From Squalus acanthias (taxonomy: Eukaryota): a DNA stretch of 64,000 nucleotides. Both the position numbers and the translations under genes were made by a program. Below are positions 12,417 to 25,096 of this stretch, piece by piece (position 1 is the first letter of the stretch; each line of letters starts with the position of its first letter). Location of the stretch: positions 62,001 through 126,000 of the forward strand of contig JASTWF010000121.1 of assembly GCA_030390025.1 (NCBI GenBank). Direction: 5' to 3'. The notes beneath the pieces were generated by a model that was given only the letters and a program-made list of their open reading frames with translations, had not been told where the DNA came from and searched no databases.

Positions 12417-12690
12417 AAAATGATGAGGACCATGCCCGCTAGTTCCCAATCTGCAGACCCAAAGGGAGAGACTCCCTGCAGCAAGTGTGATTTTGTAAAT
12501 TATCCTGAGTTCAGTATTGCTTTCTCAGAACAAGAGCTGCAAACTAAGCACATGGAGCAGGAGAGGAGAAGCAGGCGTGTCTGCACCAAAGTGGAACTTC
12601 CCTCTTCTCGGGATATTGTGGTGACTCATGTGGTGCCGCGTGTGGAAGACACAGTGTCCTGTAGAGCGAGTGGGGAAACATGAGCTCATC
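12417..12690 (+). pseudogene. Decayed short V-set exon (VNAR-like spacing, no CDR2) with a stop and a frameshift
   Basis: Polypyrimidine tract and AG, phase-compatible with the leader (ENDEDHAR*FP). After a frameshift it reads KGET....C...F.....L............R....V...S...RVEDT, matching VNAR spacing. The Trp and second Cys are lost. Confidence 0.45.
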
Positions 12691-12729
12691 CACTGACACA
12701 GGGACACTCAATGACCCCAGTCAGAGACC
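12691..12729 (+). other. RSS-like signal with a 23-bp spacer
   Basis: CACTGAC (4/7 of CACAGTG, CAC kept), exactly 23 nt, then TCAGAGACC (6/9 of ACAAAAACC), directly after the V-like exon. Confidence 0.4.
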
Positions 12730-13741
12730 TCACCAAAATAGAAACTGCAATCTCTGATTAACGCCTTTTAACTTCTGTAACATGTTTATTATTTTTACAA
12801 ACCAGCCAAAAGGTCGAGTCATTTACCAAAACTCAAATATTGGGCCGTCTTTTCTCTCTGATTATTTAACAAGTTCACCTTTGTGTTATAAAAGCACATG
12901 AGGGATTTAGTCTGAATATGTCACATGTTCTCTGGAGGAGCATCAGTTAGAAATTATACCTCTTTAATCTTGAGAGCTTGGAATGCCTAATGACCTTGTT
13001 TGAAGCAATAACATGGGGAGACAGGGAGACAGAAGTTAGACTAACTGCAGTGAATTTTCAAATAAATTCTTAGCTTTCCATCTGTTCCAGTTTTTCCTCA
13101 AATGCAATCCCAGCAATTCCCAGTTTATTCAGCAACAGCATCAGTCTGTCCCACTGGCTCTGCTACAGTTTCCACGAGCTCTTTACAGCAATTTATAAAA
13201 ACTGAAATTTCAAAAGAAATATTGTAGCTTGCTAATTTCACCTCCCACTTGTTGTGGAATCGAGGTGTATCTTGGTATGTTTTATGCTGCCTGTCCCGTA
13301 CATTGTCGATAATTCATTAGAAACCTCTATCAGGTACATGGTTGTGTTTGACTTACAGATGTAGTGGTAGTAACTGTTTGTGAATGGGGAGATTGGGGAG
13401 AGTGCCAGAAAGGCATGTCCCTGTTATTTAGCCCTTTCGGCCAAGCTGTGCGGCTCTTTTACACGTGTGGTGTAAATGCCGTTTCACGTTTATATTTTTC
13501 TTCTGTGGGAATTGTGTGGTTATCTGTTGTCCACACTCATGGTTTTATAGGTTTTAGTTCCATGTCATTTTGGTCCAGATGAAAACAGCAAACATGTTGA
13601 ATGTGCATCAATGAAGCTCACTGGGTGCAAATAAGCAACTATAGATACCAAAGAGGGACAAGAGGCCAGTCTACATTGTAAGCTCTCGCTGGTTTAACAG
13701 ACATACCTGCTGGAAAGAAAGACCGACTGACCCGGCCTGAC

Positions 13742-13930
13742 TGACTTACATTTATAGAGCGACCTCAGGATGTCCCAAAGCACTTTACAGACAATGAAGT
13801 ACTTTTGAAGTGTAGTCACTGTTGTAATGTAGGAAATGCGGCAGCCAATTTGCACACAGCAAGCTCCCACAAACAGCAATGTGATAATTGCCAGATAATC
13901 TGTTTTAGTGAAGTTGTTTGGGGGATAGTC
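13742..13930 (-). mobile_element. Deu-domain SINE, 3' part
   Basis: Reverse complement of the 19200-19430 and 32800-32980 sequence. Confidence 0.8.
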
Positions 13931-16065
13931 AAAGAATGGGTGCGGAGGATTAGGGACAAAAAAAGGAAATCTTCTTGCGGAGACAGAGGGCATGGCTGAG
14001 GTACTAAATGTGAACTTTTCATCTATATTCACTAAAGAAGAGGATGCTACGAATGTCACAGTAAAGGAGGAGTGGGTAGAGAAATTGGATTGGATAGAAT
14101 AGATAAAGAGGAGGTGCTAAAGGTTGACCGTGCTCAAAGAAGAAAAGTCACCCGGTCCAGAGGGGAAGCATCCTAGGTTGCTGAGGGAAATAACGATGGA
14201 AATTGCGGAGGCTCTGGCCACAATCTTTTAATCCTCCTTGGGTATGGAAGTGGTGTCAGAGGATTGCAAATGTTACACCCCTATTCAAAAAAGGGGAGAG
14301 AGATAAACCGAGTAACTACAGGCCAGTCAGCCTAACATCGGTGGTGGGAAAACTTCTAGAGACCATAATCCAGCACAAAATTAATTGTCACTTGGAAGAA
14401 CATGGGTTAATAATTGACAGCCAACATAGATTTGTTAAAGATATATCGTATCTGACAAACTTGATTGAGTTCTTCAATAAAATAACGGAGAGGGTTGATG
14501 AAGGTAGTGCAGTTGATGTTGTGTATATGGACTTTCAGAAGGCATTTGATAAAGTGCCACACAACAGACTTGCTCGCAAAATGGAAGCCCATGGGCAGTG
14601 GCAGTGTAGATATGAAATTGACTAAGAGACAGAAAGCACAATGTACTGGTGAACGGTTGTTTATCAGGTGGGAGGAGAGTATACAGTTGGTAAAAAGGGC
14701 ATCATTTCAAAGTTTGCAGATGACACAAAGCTTGGAAATGTAGTAAACAGTGAGGAGGCTAGTATCAGACTTCAAGAGGACGTAGACAAAGGAGGAATAT
14801 GGGCAGAAACATGGCAGAGAATTGTGAAATGATGCATTTTGAAAGGAAGAATGAGGAGAGGCAATATAAACTAAATGGTACAATTTTAAAGGGGTTTAGG
14901 AACAGAGAGACCTGGGGGTGTATGTACACAAATCTTTGAAGGTGGCAGGACAGTAGAGAAGCTTGTTAAAAAAGCCAAAGGGATTCTTGTCTTTATAAAT
15001 AGAGGCATAGAGGACAAAAGCAGGGAATTTATAAATCACTGATTTCGGCCTCAGCTGGAGTATTGTGTCCAATTCTGGCCACCACAGTTTGCGAGGATGT
15101 CAAGGCCTTGGAGAGGGTGCAGAGTAGATTTACCAAATGCTGCCAAGGATGAGGGACTTCAGTTATGTGGAGAGAAATGTTCCCATTAAGTTGCACAGCC
15201 GTGCAGCGTTCTGGAGGTCCCGCGCAGGCATCTCAACGGCTTTCAAATGGCAAAACCTGCGCATGTGCGATAATTTGAACGGGCCGCGCAGCCCGTTAAA
15301 GGTGCTGCGCACCCAAAAATAATTAGTGGGCACATTGGTGGAGAGACGAGAGAAGCTGGGATTGTTCTCCTTAGAGCAGAGAAGGTTAAGAGTTATTCAC
15401 AATTATGAAGGGTTTTGACAGAGTAGATCGGGAGAAACTGTTTCCACTGGCAGGAGCAGTAGAAGTCCATGAAATTGAGGGCAAATTATTGACCTGGTTC
15501 GGAGACTGGCTGAGTGGCAGGAAACAGAGAGTAGGGATGATGGGCAGGTTCTCAAATTGGCAGGATGTGACTAGTGGTGTCTCGCAGGGATCTGTCTTGG
15601 GACCTCAACTATTCACAATATTTATTGATGACTTAGATGATGGCATAGAAAGTCATATTTCCAAATTTGTCGATGAGACAAAGATAGGCGGCATTGTAGG
15701 CAGTGTAGATGAAAGCATAAAATTACAAAGGGATATCGACAGATTAAGTGAACGGGCAAAACTGTGGCAAATGGATTTCAATGTAGGCAAAAGTGAGGTG
15801 ATCCACTTTAGAACAAAAAAGGATAAAACAGGGTACTTTCTAAATGGTGAAAGACTAAAAACAGTGGAGGTCCAAAGAGACTTGGGGGTCCAGATGCATA
15901 GATCATTAAAATGTCATGAAAAGGTACAGAAAATAATCAAAAATGCTAATGGAATGCTGGCCTTTATATCTAGAGGACTAGAATACAAGGGGGTAGAAGT
16001 TATGCTGCAGCTATACAGAGCCCTGGTTAGACCACACCTGGAGTACTGTGAGCAGTTCTGGGCAC
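13930..16065 (+). mobile_element. CR1 LINE RT fragments (two juxtaposed copies)
   Basis: NYRPVSLTS, DFQKAFDKVPH, QGSVLGP and RPHLEYC motifs, with frameshifts. Confidence 0.9.
15175..15337. mobile_element. hAT-type MITE inside CR1
   Basis: Imperfect TIRs AAATGTTCCC / GGGCACATTG; 8-bp TSD GTGGAGAG at 15167-15174 and 15338-15345. Confidence 0.8.
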
Positions 16066-16499
16066 AAGTCTCATGGAGTGGGGCTTGAACCCACGACCTT
16101 CTGACTCAGAGGAGAGAGTGCTACCAACTGAGCCATGGCTGACCCTTGGAGCTGTGGTTCCACTCTAGCCTCTGAGAGACGGACAAGAGTTAGCTTTGAG
16201 TGGCTGGTGAGAAGAGTTACAGTTTCTCATGCAGAGTGCGTGGGGTGAGGTAGAGGTTTGAAGGGAAAAAGAAGCCGATATGATGTGAAGAAAGCCTGCA
16301 CGGTGTCTCCTCCAGCATTGTCACAAAAGTGACTCTCCCCTTGCCCGTGGGGCTGTCGGAGAGTGGGGGAGGGGAGTGTTGTGAGTAATGAGGCTGCAGG
16401 TGTGAGGAGAGAGTAGTTGAGGTGAGAGGTAAGATTCTTACCGTGACAACTCCGCTGAGGACATTTAAATATTTTTTGTAATGCAGTCATGTCCTGTGA

Positions 16500-17485
16500 G
16501 CTAAGCTGGCATTAATCTCCTCTGCTGCCTTTCCCCACTGTTGGCGGAGGTGTTGCCTGGAGGACACCACCTGTCCACCACCCAGATCAGGGCCGCCAAT
16601 GAATCATCGGAGAACCTGATGGCCCGATCTGTGGGTCTGGCAGCCATTTCTGTGTTAACAATTGCTCCCTGGTATCTGCGGTCAGTGGGCGCTTCCGCTT
16701 TAATAGGTGCAGGCCGCCTTTCAGTGATGTGAAAGACACCTGATTTCCCACCTTCCCAAGTAGGCAAGCAGCCAATGAATAGCATGGATAGTGCTGGCTG
16801 CACACCTGTGTCAAAATCATAACCTCGCAGCACCAGCTTTATGTTGTCCCTGGGACCACTGAACAGGCACGTGCATCACCCGCCCTGCTCTCTCTACCTG
16901 AGTGGGGAAGATAATGGGACTTTCTTCCATGGTGAAGCTAGTGGGAAGAGGAGCTGGGGCCAGAATAGACCTAAACAGGTAAGTTTTTTAAACATTCCTT
17001 ATGGGGCCAGGAGGGGCAGGACAGTTTCCTTGGGCAGCACAAGGGATGTTTAGGCCTCCCCTGCCCCGGGCTCTCTCTGTTCCCCATCGCGAGACCCTCC
17101 AGAATCACCCTGCACCGCGACTTACCTGAATGCCGGGAACCATTGCTTCGATTGCGCCCGGCAGCCTCCGAGAGATTTTTGGACTTTAGGAGAATCAAGG
17201 GATCTGGGGATCGGGCGGGAAAGTGGAGTTGAGGTCAAAGATCAGCCATGATCTTATTGAATGGCGGAGCTGGCTCGAGGGGCCGAATGGCCAACTCCGG
17301 CTCCAATTCTTATGTTCTTATGCTGCTTCCTGCCAGTTTTGGGCAGGTAACTCAGTGGGGGCACGCAGATGAGGTTTGGGAGTTAACATCGCCCGGGCCA
17401 CAGGCTTCCATGGTTGAGGGGAGGTTTGGCACTTGTGTCGGCCTCCCACCCGCTTGTTTCCTGCTCTGTGTTAAAATTTGGGTTT
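16500..17485 (-). mobile_element. Decayed Harbinger-derived element (Myb exon remnant) with an inserted CR1 tail at about 17170-17322
   Basis: MAARPTDRAIRFSDDSLAALI resembles the start of the Myb/SANT exon. Confidence 0.5.
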
Positions 17486-17663
17486 GGGGTTAAATTTAAC
17501 CTCACCTGCCCATTGGGAAACTGACGGTATCAGGTGGAACGCCAGTTTCACACCCCGCCCGATATTACTGTCCAAATAGAGAGTGATATCGGGCTGGGTG
17601 TGAAACCAGCGTTGCACCTGATCACGTCAGTTTCCCGATGGGCAGGTTGGTAAAAGTTGCCCC
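17486..17663. mobile_element. Palindromic MITE (Harbinger-like)
   Basis: Long imperfect inverted repeat with GGGG/CCCC ends; related to 62940-63116. Confidence 0.7.
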
Positions 17664-17664
17664 C

Positions 17665-19430
17665 AGAGTGACTGAGCACTTGGACAAGTATGAGCTGATC
17701 AAAGAGAGTCAGCATGGATTGTGAAGGGTCGGTCATGTCTGGCTCATCTAGTTGAACTGTTTGATGAGGTCACTAACAGGGTGGATAGGGGAGGGTCTAT
17801 AAATGTTGTCTATATGGACTTCCAGAAGGCATTTGATAAGGTTCCGCACAAGAGGTTATTAGCAAAAATGAAAACGCACGTTCGAGGTAACCTTGTGAGT
17901 TGGGTTGGTAATTGGTAGGGAGGTCGGAGACAGAGAGTAGGGATAAGGGGACCGTACACTGATTGGAAGGATGTGACAAGTGGTGTACTGCAGGGATCTG
18001 TACTGGGGCCTCAGCTTTTCACCATTATATTGATAACTTGGATGGAGGAATAGAGAGTTGAATATCCAAGCTTGCAGATGATACTAAGTTAAGAGGCACA
18101 GTAACTTTTGTAGATGGGAGCAGGAAGTTATAAAGGGAAATAGACAGTCTAATTGAGTGGGCAAAACTGTGGCAGATGGAGTTTAATATAGGCCAGTGAG
18201 GTCATCCATTTTGCCTACATTCCTACATTACAACAGTGACTACACTTGAAAAGTATTTCATTGGCTGTAAAGCGCTTTGGGATGTCCTGAGCTTGCGAAA
18301 GGCGCTATATAAATGCAAGACTTTCTTTTTTATCTCTTCACTTAGTGTCAGCTGCAAACTTTGATATACTCTATTTCATCATCCAAGTCATTAATAAATA
18401 TGGTGAAAAGTTGAGGCTCCAGACCAGTTCCCTGAGGAACACCACTTGTCACATCCCGCCAATAGGAGTGAATTTCCTTTATCCCCACTCTATCTCCTAC
18501 CTCCCAAACAATTTCCATCCCAAGTCAGAAGCCATGCTCTCTCATTTTTGCTAAGAATCTCACATGAGGAACCTTATTGAATGCCTTCTAGAAGTCTATG
18601 TAGACATCTTCCATAGACATGCCCTTATCTTCCTTATTCGTAACCTGCTCAAAAAATTCAACTAGTTTACTCAGACATGACACCCATAACAAAGCCATGC
18701 TGGCTCTCTCTGATCAGCTCATATTTGTTCAAGTGCTCAGTCGCTCTGTCCCTAATGACAGATGCTGGTGGCTTCCCCACAACTGACGTTAAACTGACAG
18801 GCTATTAGTTACCTGATTTCTCTCTCCCACCCTTCTTAAATGACGGAGTGAGGTTAGAAAATTTCCAATCAACAGCACAATTGCAAAATAAAGAGAGCTT
18901 TGAAAGTATATGACTAATGCTTCTGCTAGTTACTCACCCACTTCTTCAATGCCCTGGGGTGGAAACCATATCAGATCTGGAGATTTATCTATTTGAAGTT
19001 CCATTATTTTCTCCATTGCCATTTCTAACTTGTATTGAATCCAATAAGTTGCTCCCATTTATTTTTAGTTTCCATTCTATTACTAGTGTTTTATCCTCTT
19101 CCTCTGCTGTGAAAACAGATACAAAATACTCATTCAATAAATGTGCCATTACCTTTTGCCTATTACCGTATCACCTGCATCACTTTTTAATGGGCCCACA
19201 TCCCCGCTGTCCTGGCCAATATTTATCCCTCAATCAACATCACTAACAAAACAGATTATCTGCTCATTATCACATTGCTGTTGGTGGGAGCTTGCTGTGC
19301 GCAAATTGGCTGCCGTGTTTCCTACATTACAACAGTGACTACACTTCAAAAGTACTTCATTGGCTGTAAAGCACTTTGGGACATCCGGTGGTCATGAAAG
19401 GCGCTATAGAAATGCAAGTCTTTCTTTTCT
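17665..19430. mobile_element. CR1 fragments (+ then -) and Deu-SINE 3' fragments
   Basis: DFQKAFDKVPH motif; SINE tails ending GGCGCTATA(T/G)AAATGCAAG near 18300 and 19400. Confidence 0.75.
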
Positions 19431-19824
19431 TATATTTATAAAAACTTTATCTATTAGCTTTTATGTTACTTGCAATTTCTTTTCAAATTCCCTTTCGCAG
19501 TTCTTAATATTTCTTTGTGTCCCTCTGTTGCTTTCCCTATTTCTCCATTGGATTACCACTTTGTTGTAAGCCACTTCTTTTAGCTTTATCCTGTGACCTA
19601 CCTCAGGTGTTGACCGTGGGTGCTTGACTTTACAAGTGGAACCGTCGCTCTTTAGGGGTAAGTATTCCATTATATTGTACTAAATACTTTGAATACCTCC
19701 CACAGGTAGGTTTACCCGTCAACACCTCATCCCAGTTTAACGTGTTCAGTTTACATTCCTTCAAAGTCGGCCTCACTTAGGTTTAAAACCTTGGTTTGTG
19801 TGATCTTTCTCCATCGAACTTAAT

Positions 19825-20568
19825 GGCCCAGAAATTGATCTCGCTCTGTTCCCGCGGGGGTAAGGAGCAGGCGCGATCTCTCACTCCGCGTTGGCTTTTT
19901 CAGATCCAGCTCGCACGAACTTGATGTTCTAGACATCAGCTGGGCAGTGCTTGCGTATCCCACCGGCGTAGTGAATTCGTGCGAGCTGTGGGATCACGTG
20001 ACTCAGTTAGAGCCAATGGCAGCACACCATCTTCCATTCATAACTTTCACATACGTGCTGTGAAAGCTATGAATCTTACACACCCCCAAAATAACAGCTA
20101 AACCTCAATTAAATTTTTTAAAAAAACCATCACATTAATAAAATAAGTATAGTTAAATAAATTAACCATTTTAAATAAAAAATTAAATTTTTGAAAAAAT
20201 TTAAAATCTTTTAAAAAATTTATAAAAATAAACTTACCTGTCTTTAAAGTCTCTAAAAAAGATATACCTGTTAAAAAAAATTCAAAATAATACTTAATTC
20301 ACTACTTACCTTGTTAAAAGTGGGTCTTACTCCTCCTTTTTCCATTTCTAAAATCTTCCGTCCTTACCTGCGCGTCCAAAGCACTAAGTGCACAGCGTGC
20401 GCGCAGCCTGTAGCGCGCACGCGGTGCACCGAGGAACCGCCCCCTTTTCCAAAGACCAAGTGCCGGTTTTCAGCGCATGCGCAGTGCATGCAGAAAACCG
20501 GCAATTGGAGAGAGAATACGCGAGAGTACGCAGTGCGTACTCTCGCGTAGCGGCATCAATTTTTGGCC
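19825..20568. mobile_element. Non-autonomous TIR element (Harbinger-like) with an AT-rich core and terminal hairpins, copy 1
   Basis: TIR GGCCCAGAAATTGAT / ATCAATTTTTGGCC; homologous to 41771-42532. Confidence 0.75.
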
Positions 20569-20696
20569 CATAGTCAAACTCTATCATCTTAGGGTCACTG
20601 TTTGTGAGATGCTCCCTCACTGACAGATTATTAATTCTGGCTCGTTACTCATTACTAAATCTTAAATGGCCTGTTCCCTTGTTGGTTCTAAAACAG

Positions 20697-20939
20697 AAAA
20701 CTGTCCTGTACATAGAAATTCATTGCCATGGGGTGGATCATCCACGTGGAACGTTGCCACTGATTGTGATAATAAGCTCTCAGCAGCATCACTGAATGCA
20801 CATATGGAAAGCTTCAGATCAGGACGAAAACGAGAGTGTAACCAGTGCAACCAGTGCAGGATCAAAATCCAGTGGAAACAGGTCCCGTCCCAGAATCCAC
20901 ACACAACATTACCAGCACACCAGAATCTCACCAACAATG
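20697..20939 (+). pseudogene. Candidate decayed Ig C1-set exon
   Basis: AG acceptor, 243 nt, phase 1-1, GCAAGT donor. Scattered C1-like landmarks in order (VAT.C, IWK, RIKIQW, HTTLP), partly in different frames. Confidence 0.3.
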
Positions 20940-20999
20940 GCAAGTGAATGAATTTAGGGTTGTAATCTCTAAGGCTCGTTCCTTTAACCTTAAGTCATA

Positions 21000-22022
21000 A
21001 TATTACAAGATTCTGAAGGGGATTGACAGGGTAGATGCTGAGAGGTTGTTTCCCCTGGCCGGAGTGTCTCGAACTAGGGGGCATAGTCTCAGGATAAGGG
21101 GTCGGCCATTTAAGACTGAGATGAGGAGGAATTTCTTCACTCACTAGGGTTGTGAATCTTTGGAATTTTCTGCCCCAGATGATTGTGAATGCTCAGTCAT
21201 TGAGTATATTGAGTGATACCCGCCCTCCCTCATGCTTCAGAGACATGGACCATGTACAGCAGGCACCTCAAAGCACTGGAGAGGTACCACCAACGCTGCC
21301 TCTGCAAGATCCTGCAAATCCATTGACAGGATGGCGCACCAACGTCAGTTTTCTTGCTCAGGCCAACATCCCCAGCATTGAAGCTTTGACCACACTCGAT
21401 CAGCTCCGATGGACAGGCCACATCGTCCGCATGGCCGATACGAGACTCCCAAAACAAGTGCTCTAATCAGAGCTCCGACATGGCAGGAGAGCCCCAGGTG
21501 GGCAGAGGAAATGCTTCAAGGGCACCCTCAAAACCTCCTTGAAAAAGTGCAACATCCCCACTGACACCTGGGAATCCCTGGCCCAAGACTGCACAAAGTG
21601 GAGGAGAAGCATCCGGGAAGGCGCCGAACACCTCGAGTCTCTTCGCCAGGAGCAAGCGGAAGCCAAGTGCAAACAGCGGAAGGAGCGCACATCAAAAGAA
21701 GCACCCCACCCACCCGCCCCTTCAACCACCGTCTGCCCCACCTGTGACAGAGACTGCAGATCTCGCATTGGGCTCAACAGTCACCTGAGAGCCCATTTTT
21801 AGTGTGGAAGCAAGTCATCCTCGGTTCCGAGGGACTGAATAAGAAGAAGAAGATATTCAAGGCTGAGATCGATAGATTTTTGGACTCCAGGGGAATCTAG
21901 GGATATGGAGATCGGGCGGGAAAGTGGAATTGAGTTCAATGACCAGCCATGATCTTATTGAATGGCGTAGCAGGCTCGAGGGACCATATGGCCTACTCCT
22001 GCTCTTATTTCTTATGTTCTTA
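21000..22022 (+). mobile_element. CR1 3' end interrupted by an RTE fragment (about 21213-21852)
   Basis: CR1 sequence resumes after the RTE AAG tail; the RTE is homologous to 9880-10657. Confidence 0.85.
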
Positions 22023-22389
22023 TTGCATTCTTCCTAGATCCTGAGAAGTCCACTGTGCTCTCAAGCCAGCTCATCTCGTTTTTGCCCTAAAGTGGTCTGA
22101 ATTTGATCTAGTTCCGTTTGCCTATGGTCTAATTCTTGCCCCACCTTCTTTGAGCTCTACCTTGGTTTCTCTAAGCCTTTGAGTTGCCTCAGCACATTTT
22201 CCTTCTCCATCATTGCCTCTTTCCATGCTTTAGCTCATTTTGGCTTTGTATTCACATTGCTACTCCTGTGTTCATTCACTTGATGTTCAGAGCTGGTTTT
22301 TTTCTTGACTTCTGCCTCCTTGTCACAGATTTCTGAATCTCTTTTGGTGAACTCGTGCCTAATCTATTTACAGTCACTTTAGTTTTGGG

Positions 22390-25096
22390 TGGCAGAGGCA
22401 GCGAGAGTGACCCTGGGTGGAGCCTGAGCGAGGACACCAAGGATTTAAGCAGCGGGAGAGCGAGCGAGGCCCAGACTCACCGGCAGCAGCAGCGGCCCTG
22501 GGTGGAGCCCGGAGTGCGGTTTAAACAGAGTGCTGTGAGTTGGGAATTGGTTCTTACTTTGCGAACTCATTTTTAATGTGGAAGCAAGTCATCCTCGGTT
22601 CCGAGGGACTGCCTAAGAAGAAGAGAAGGTTTCTTACTTTAAAACAAGGAAAGAGTCCGAAAGCGGGAGCAGTCAAACAACCACAACTGCGAAACCGCTA
22701 AAGTGACGTCACAACCAGGGAAGGAGCTGATTGGTAAGTAGGACCTGGTGAGTATTTCTACAGTCCAGTCGTCGAAGTAAAAGTAAGGTCTCTAGTTTAG
22801 AGTATGTAGTGTTGAAAGGGAAGTAAGGTCCCTAGTGTATTTAATATTCTTTAATTTAAAGGAAGTAAAGGGAGTAAATTAAGGGTAGGACATGGCAGGG
22901 CAGCTCGGCTGCATGGAGTGCTCCTCCTGTGCTATGTGGGAAGTCAGGGACACTTTCAGTGTCAAGGGTGAACACATGTGTTGGAAGTGTCTCCAGATGC
23001 AGCTACAGGAAACTCTCGTTTAAACGGCACCTAAATATCCGGAATTCTCTATCAACCGGCAAAATTCAACTCCGAAAAAAACACCTCAACAACCGGAAAT
23101 GTTGCCGAGTCCGAGTCCGAGTCTCCCGCAGTGGCCGAGTTAGTCAGTGGGGGTAGTTCTCCAAACTGCCACTACTCGGCTTCTTGGCGCTGTCGGAAGT
23201 CCGAACACCTCAATAACAGAAGTCTGACTCTCCCGCGCTGTATACAGTCGTTTACTGTATAAGTTTTGTTTTACTGTTAAGTAATTAAAGAGTTATGAAT
23301 TACCCTCAACTGGCAGTACTGTACTTAATCAAGCATCTTCCACCATCCATTTAACACAACATTCTGCAGGTGAGTACCCATTTACTGTAAACTGCACATT
23401 TCTTGATATTTTTATTTTTGTTTGTTAAAAATAGCCTCGGTAGATAACCCTCTCCGTCATCCGGAATTTTTATTCAACCGGCACCACCCCGGTCCCATCG
23501 GTGCCGGATACCAAAGAGTTTCCTGTACTCGAAATCCACGTTTCGGAGCTGGGGCTGCGGCTGGAATCACTGTGGAGCATCCGCGAAGCTGAGATCTTCG
23601 TGGATAGTACGTTTAACGAGATGGTCACACCGCAGATAAAGCGTGCACAGGCAGACAGGGAATGGATGACTGCCAGACAGTGTAAAAGAACTAGGAAGGT
23701 AGTGCAGGAATCCCCTGGGTCCATCTCCCTCTCCAACAGATTTTACGTTTTGGATACTGCTGGGGGAGATGGTTTCTCAGGGGAATGCAGCAAGAGCCAA
23801 GTCCGTGGCACTATGAGTGGCTCCGCTGCACAGGAGGGGAGGAAAAAGAGTGGGTGAGCAATAGTGATAGGGGATTCTATCATAAGGGGAACAGATAGAC
23901 GTTTCTGTGGCCGCAGACGTGACTCCAGGATGGTATGTTGCCTCCCTGGTGCCAGGGTCAAGGATGTCACTGAACGGTTGCAGGGCATTCTGAAGGGGGA
24001 GGGCGAACAGTCAGAGGTCGTGGTTCACATTCGTACCAATGACATGGGTAGAAAGAGGGATGAGGTCCTGCAACAAGAATTTAGGGAGCTAGGTAGCAGA
24101 TTAAAAAGCAGGACCTCAAAGGTTGTAATCTCTGGATTACTCCCGGTGCCACGTGCTAGTGAGTATAGGAATAGGAGGACAGAGCAGATGAATGCGTGGC
24201 TAAAGAGTTGGTGCAGGAGGGAGGGCTTTAGTTTCCTGGATCAAGGGTCTGCTTCTGGGGAAGGTGGGACCTGTACAAGTCAGACGGGTTGCACCTGAAC
24301 CGGAACGGGAACAACATCCTTGCAGGCAGGTTTGCTAGTGCTGTTGGGGGATTTTAAACTAACTTGGCAGGGGGATGGGATACGGAGTGGAGCTATAGTA
24401 GGGGGTGATGCACAGCCAAATATAGAGGAAAAAACATGTCAGCCTGGAAGGCAGAGCAAATATGTAACGGCACAAGAGAGTATGGCAAGGCTGGATGGCA
24501 TTTATTTTAATGCAAGGAGTCTTGCGAGTAAGGCAGATGAATTGAAGATGTTGATGAACACATGGGAGTATGATATTGTTGCTATCACAGAGACATGGTT
24601 GAGGGAGGGGCAGGACTGGCAGCTCAATATTCCGGGATATAGAATCTTCAGGCGAGACAGAGGGGGATGTAAAAGAGGAGGGGGTACTGCAATATTAATC
24701 AAGGAGTCAGTTACTACGGTAAGGAGGGATGATATCTTAGCAGGTTCCTCCAATGAGGCCATATGGGTAGAACTTAAAAACAAAAAGGGGGCAAGCACTT
24801 TGCTGGGAGTGTACTTAGGGCCCCCAAACAGTCAGGGGGAGATAGAGGATCAGATATGTAGGCAAATCTCAGAGCAGTGTAGAAATAATAGGGTAATAAT
24901 AGTGGGGGATTTCAACTTCCCCAATATTAACTGGGATAGTCAGAGTGTGAAAGGCTTAGAGGGTGCGGAATTCTTAAAGTGCATGCAGGAGAGCTTTTTG
25001 AGCCAGCATGTAGAAAGTCTTGCAAGATAGGGGGCGGTACTGGACCTAATTCTGGGGAATGTAGCCGGGCAAGTGGTAGAAGTGTCAATAGGAGAG
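22390..25096 (+). mobile_element. CR1 LINE 5' part: 5'UTR, ORF1 (Cys-rich finger plus SGNH esterase) and ORF2 endonuclease
   Basis: MECSSCAMW..C.KC; IGDSIIRG...CLPGA; ETWL, GGG.A and GDFNFP motifs. Confidence 0.9.
23006..23525. mobile_element. Tc1/mariner (Tigger/pogo-like) non-autonomous transposon inside CR1 ORF1
   Basis: TIR CAGGAAACTCT / AGAGTTTCCTG, TA TSD; ORF1 continues across it. Confidence 0.85.

Noticed and set aside
12650-12656. Perfect heptamer CACAGTG inside the V-like relic
   Set aside because: No nonamer at 12 or 23 nt; it overlaps the D-T-V codons.
13436-13466. FGQAVRLFYT J-like peptide
   Set aside because: Lacks the second Gly and the Thr, and has no upstream RSS or good donor.
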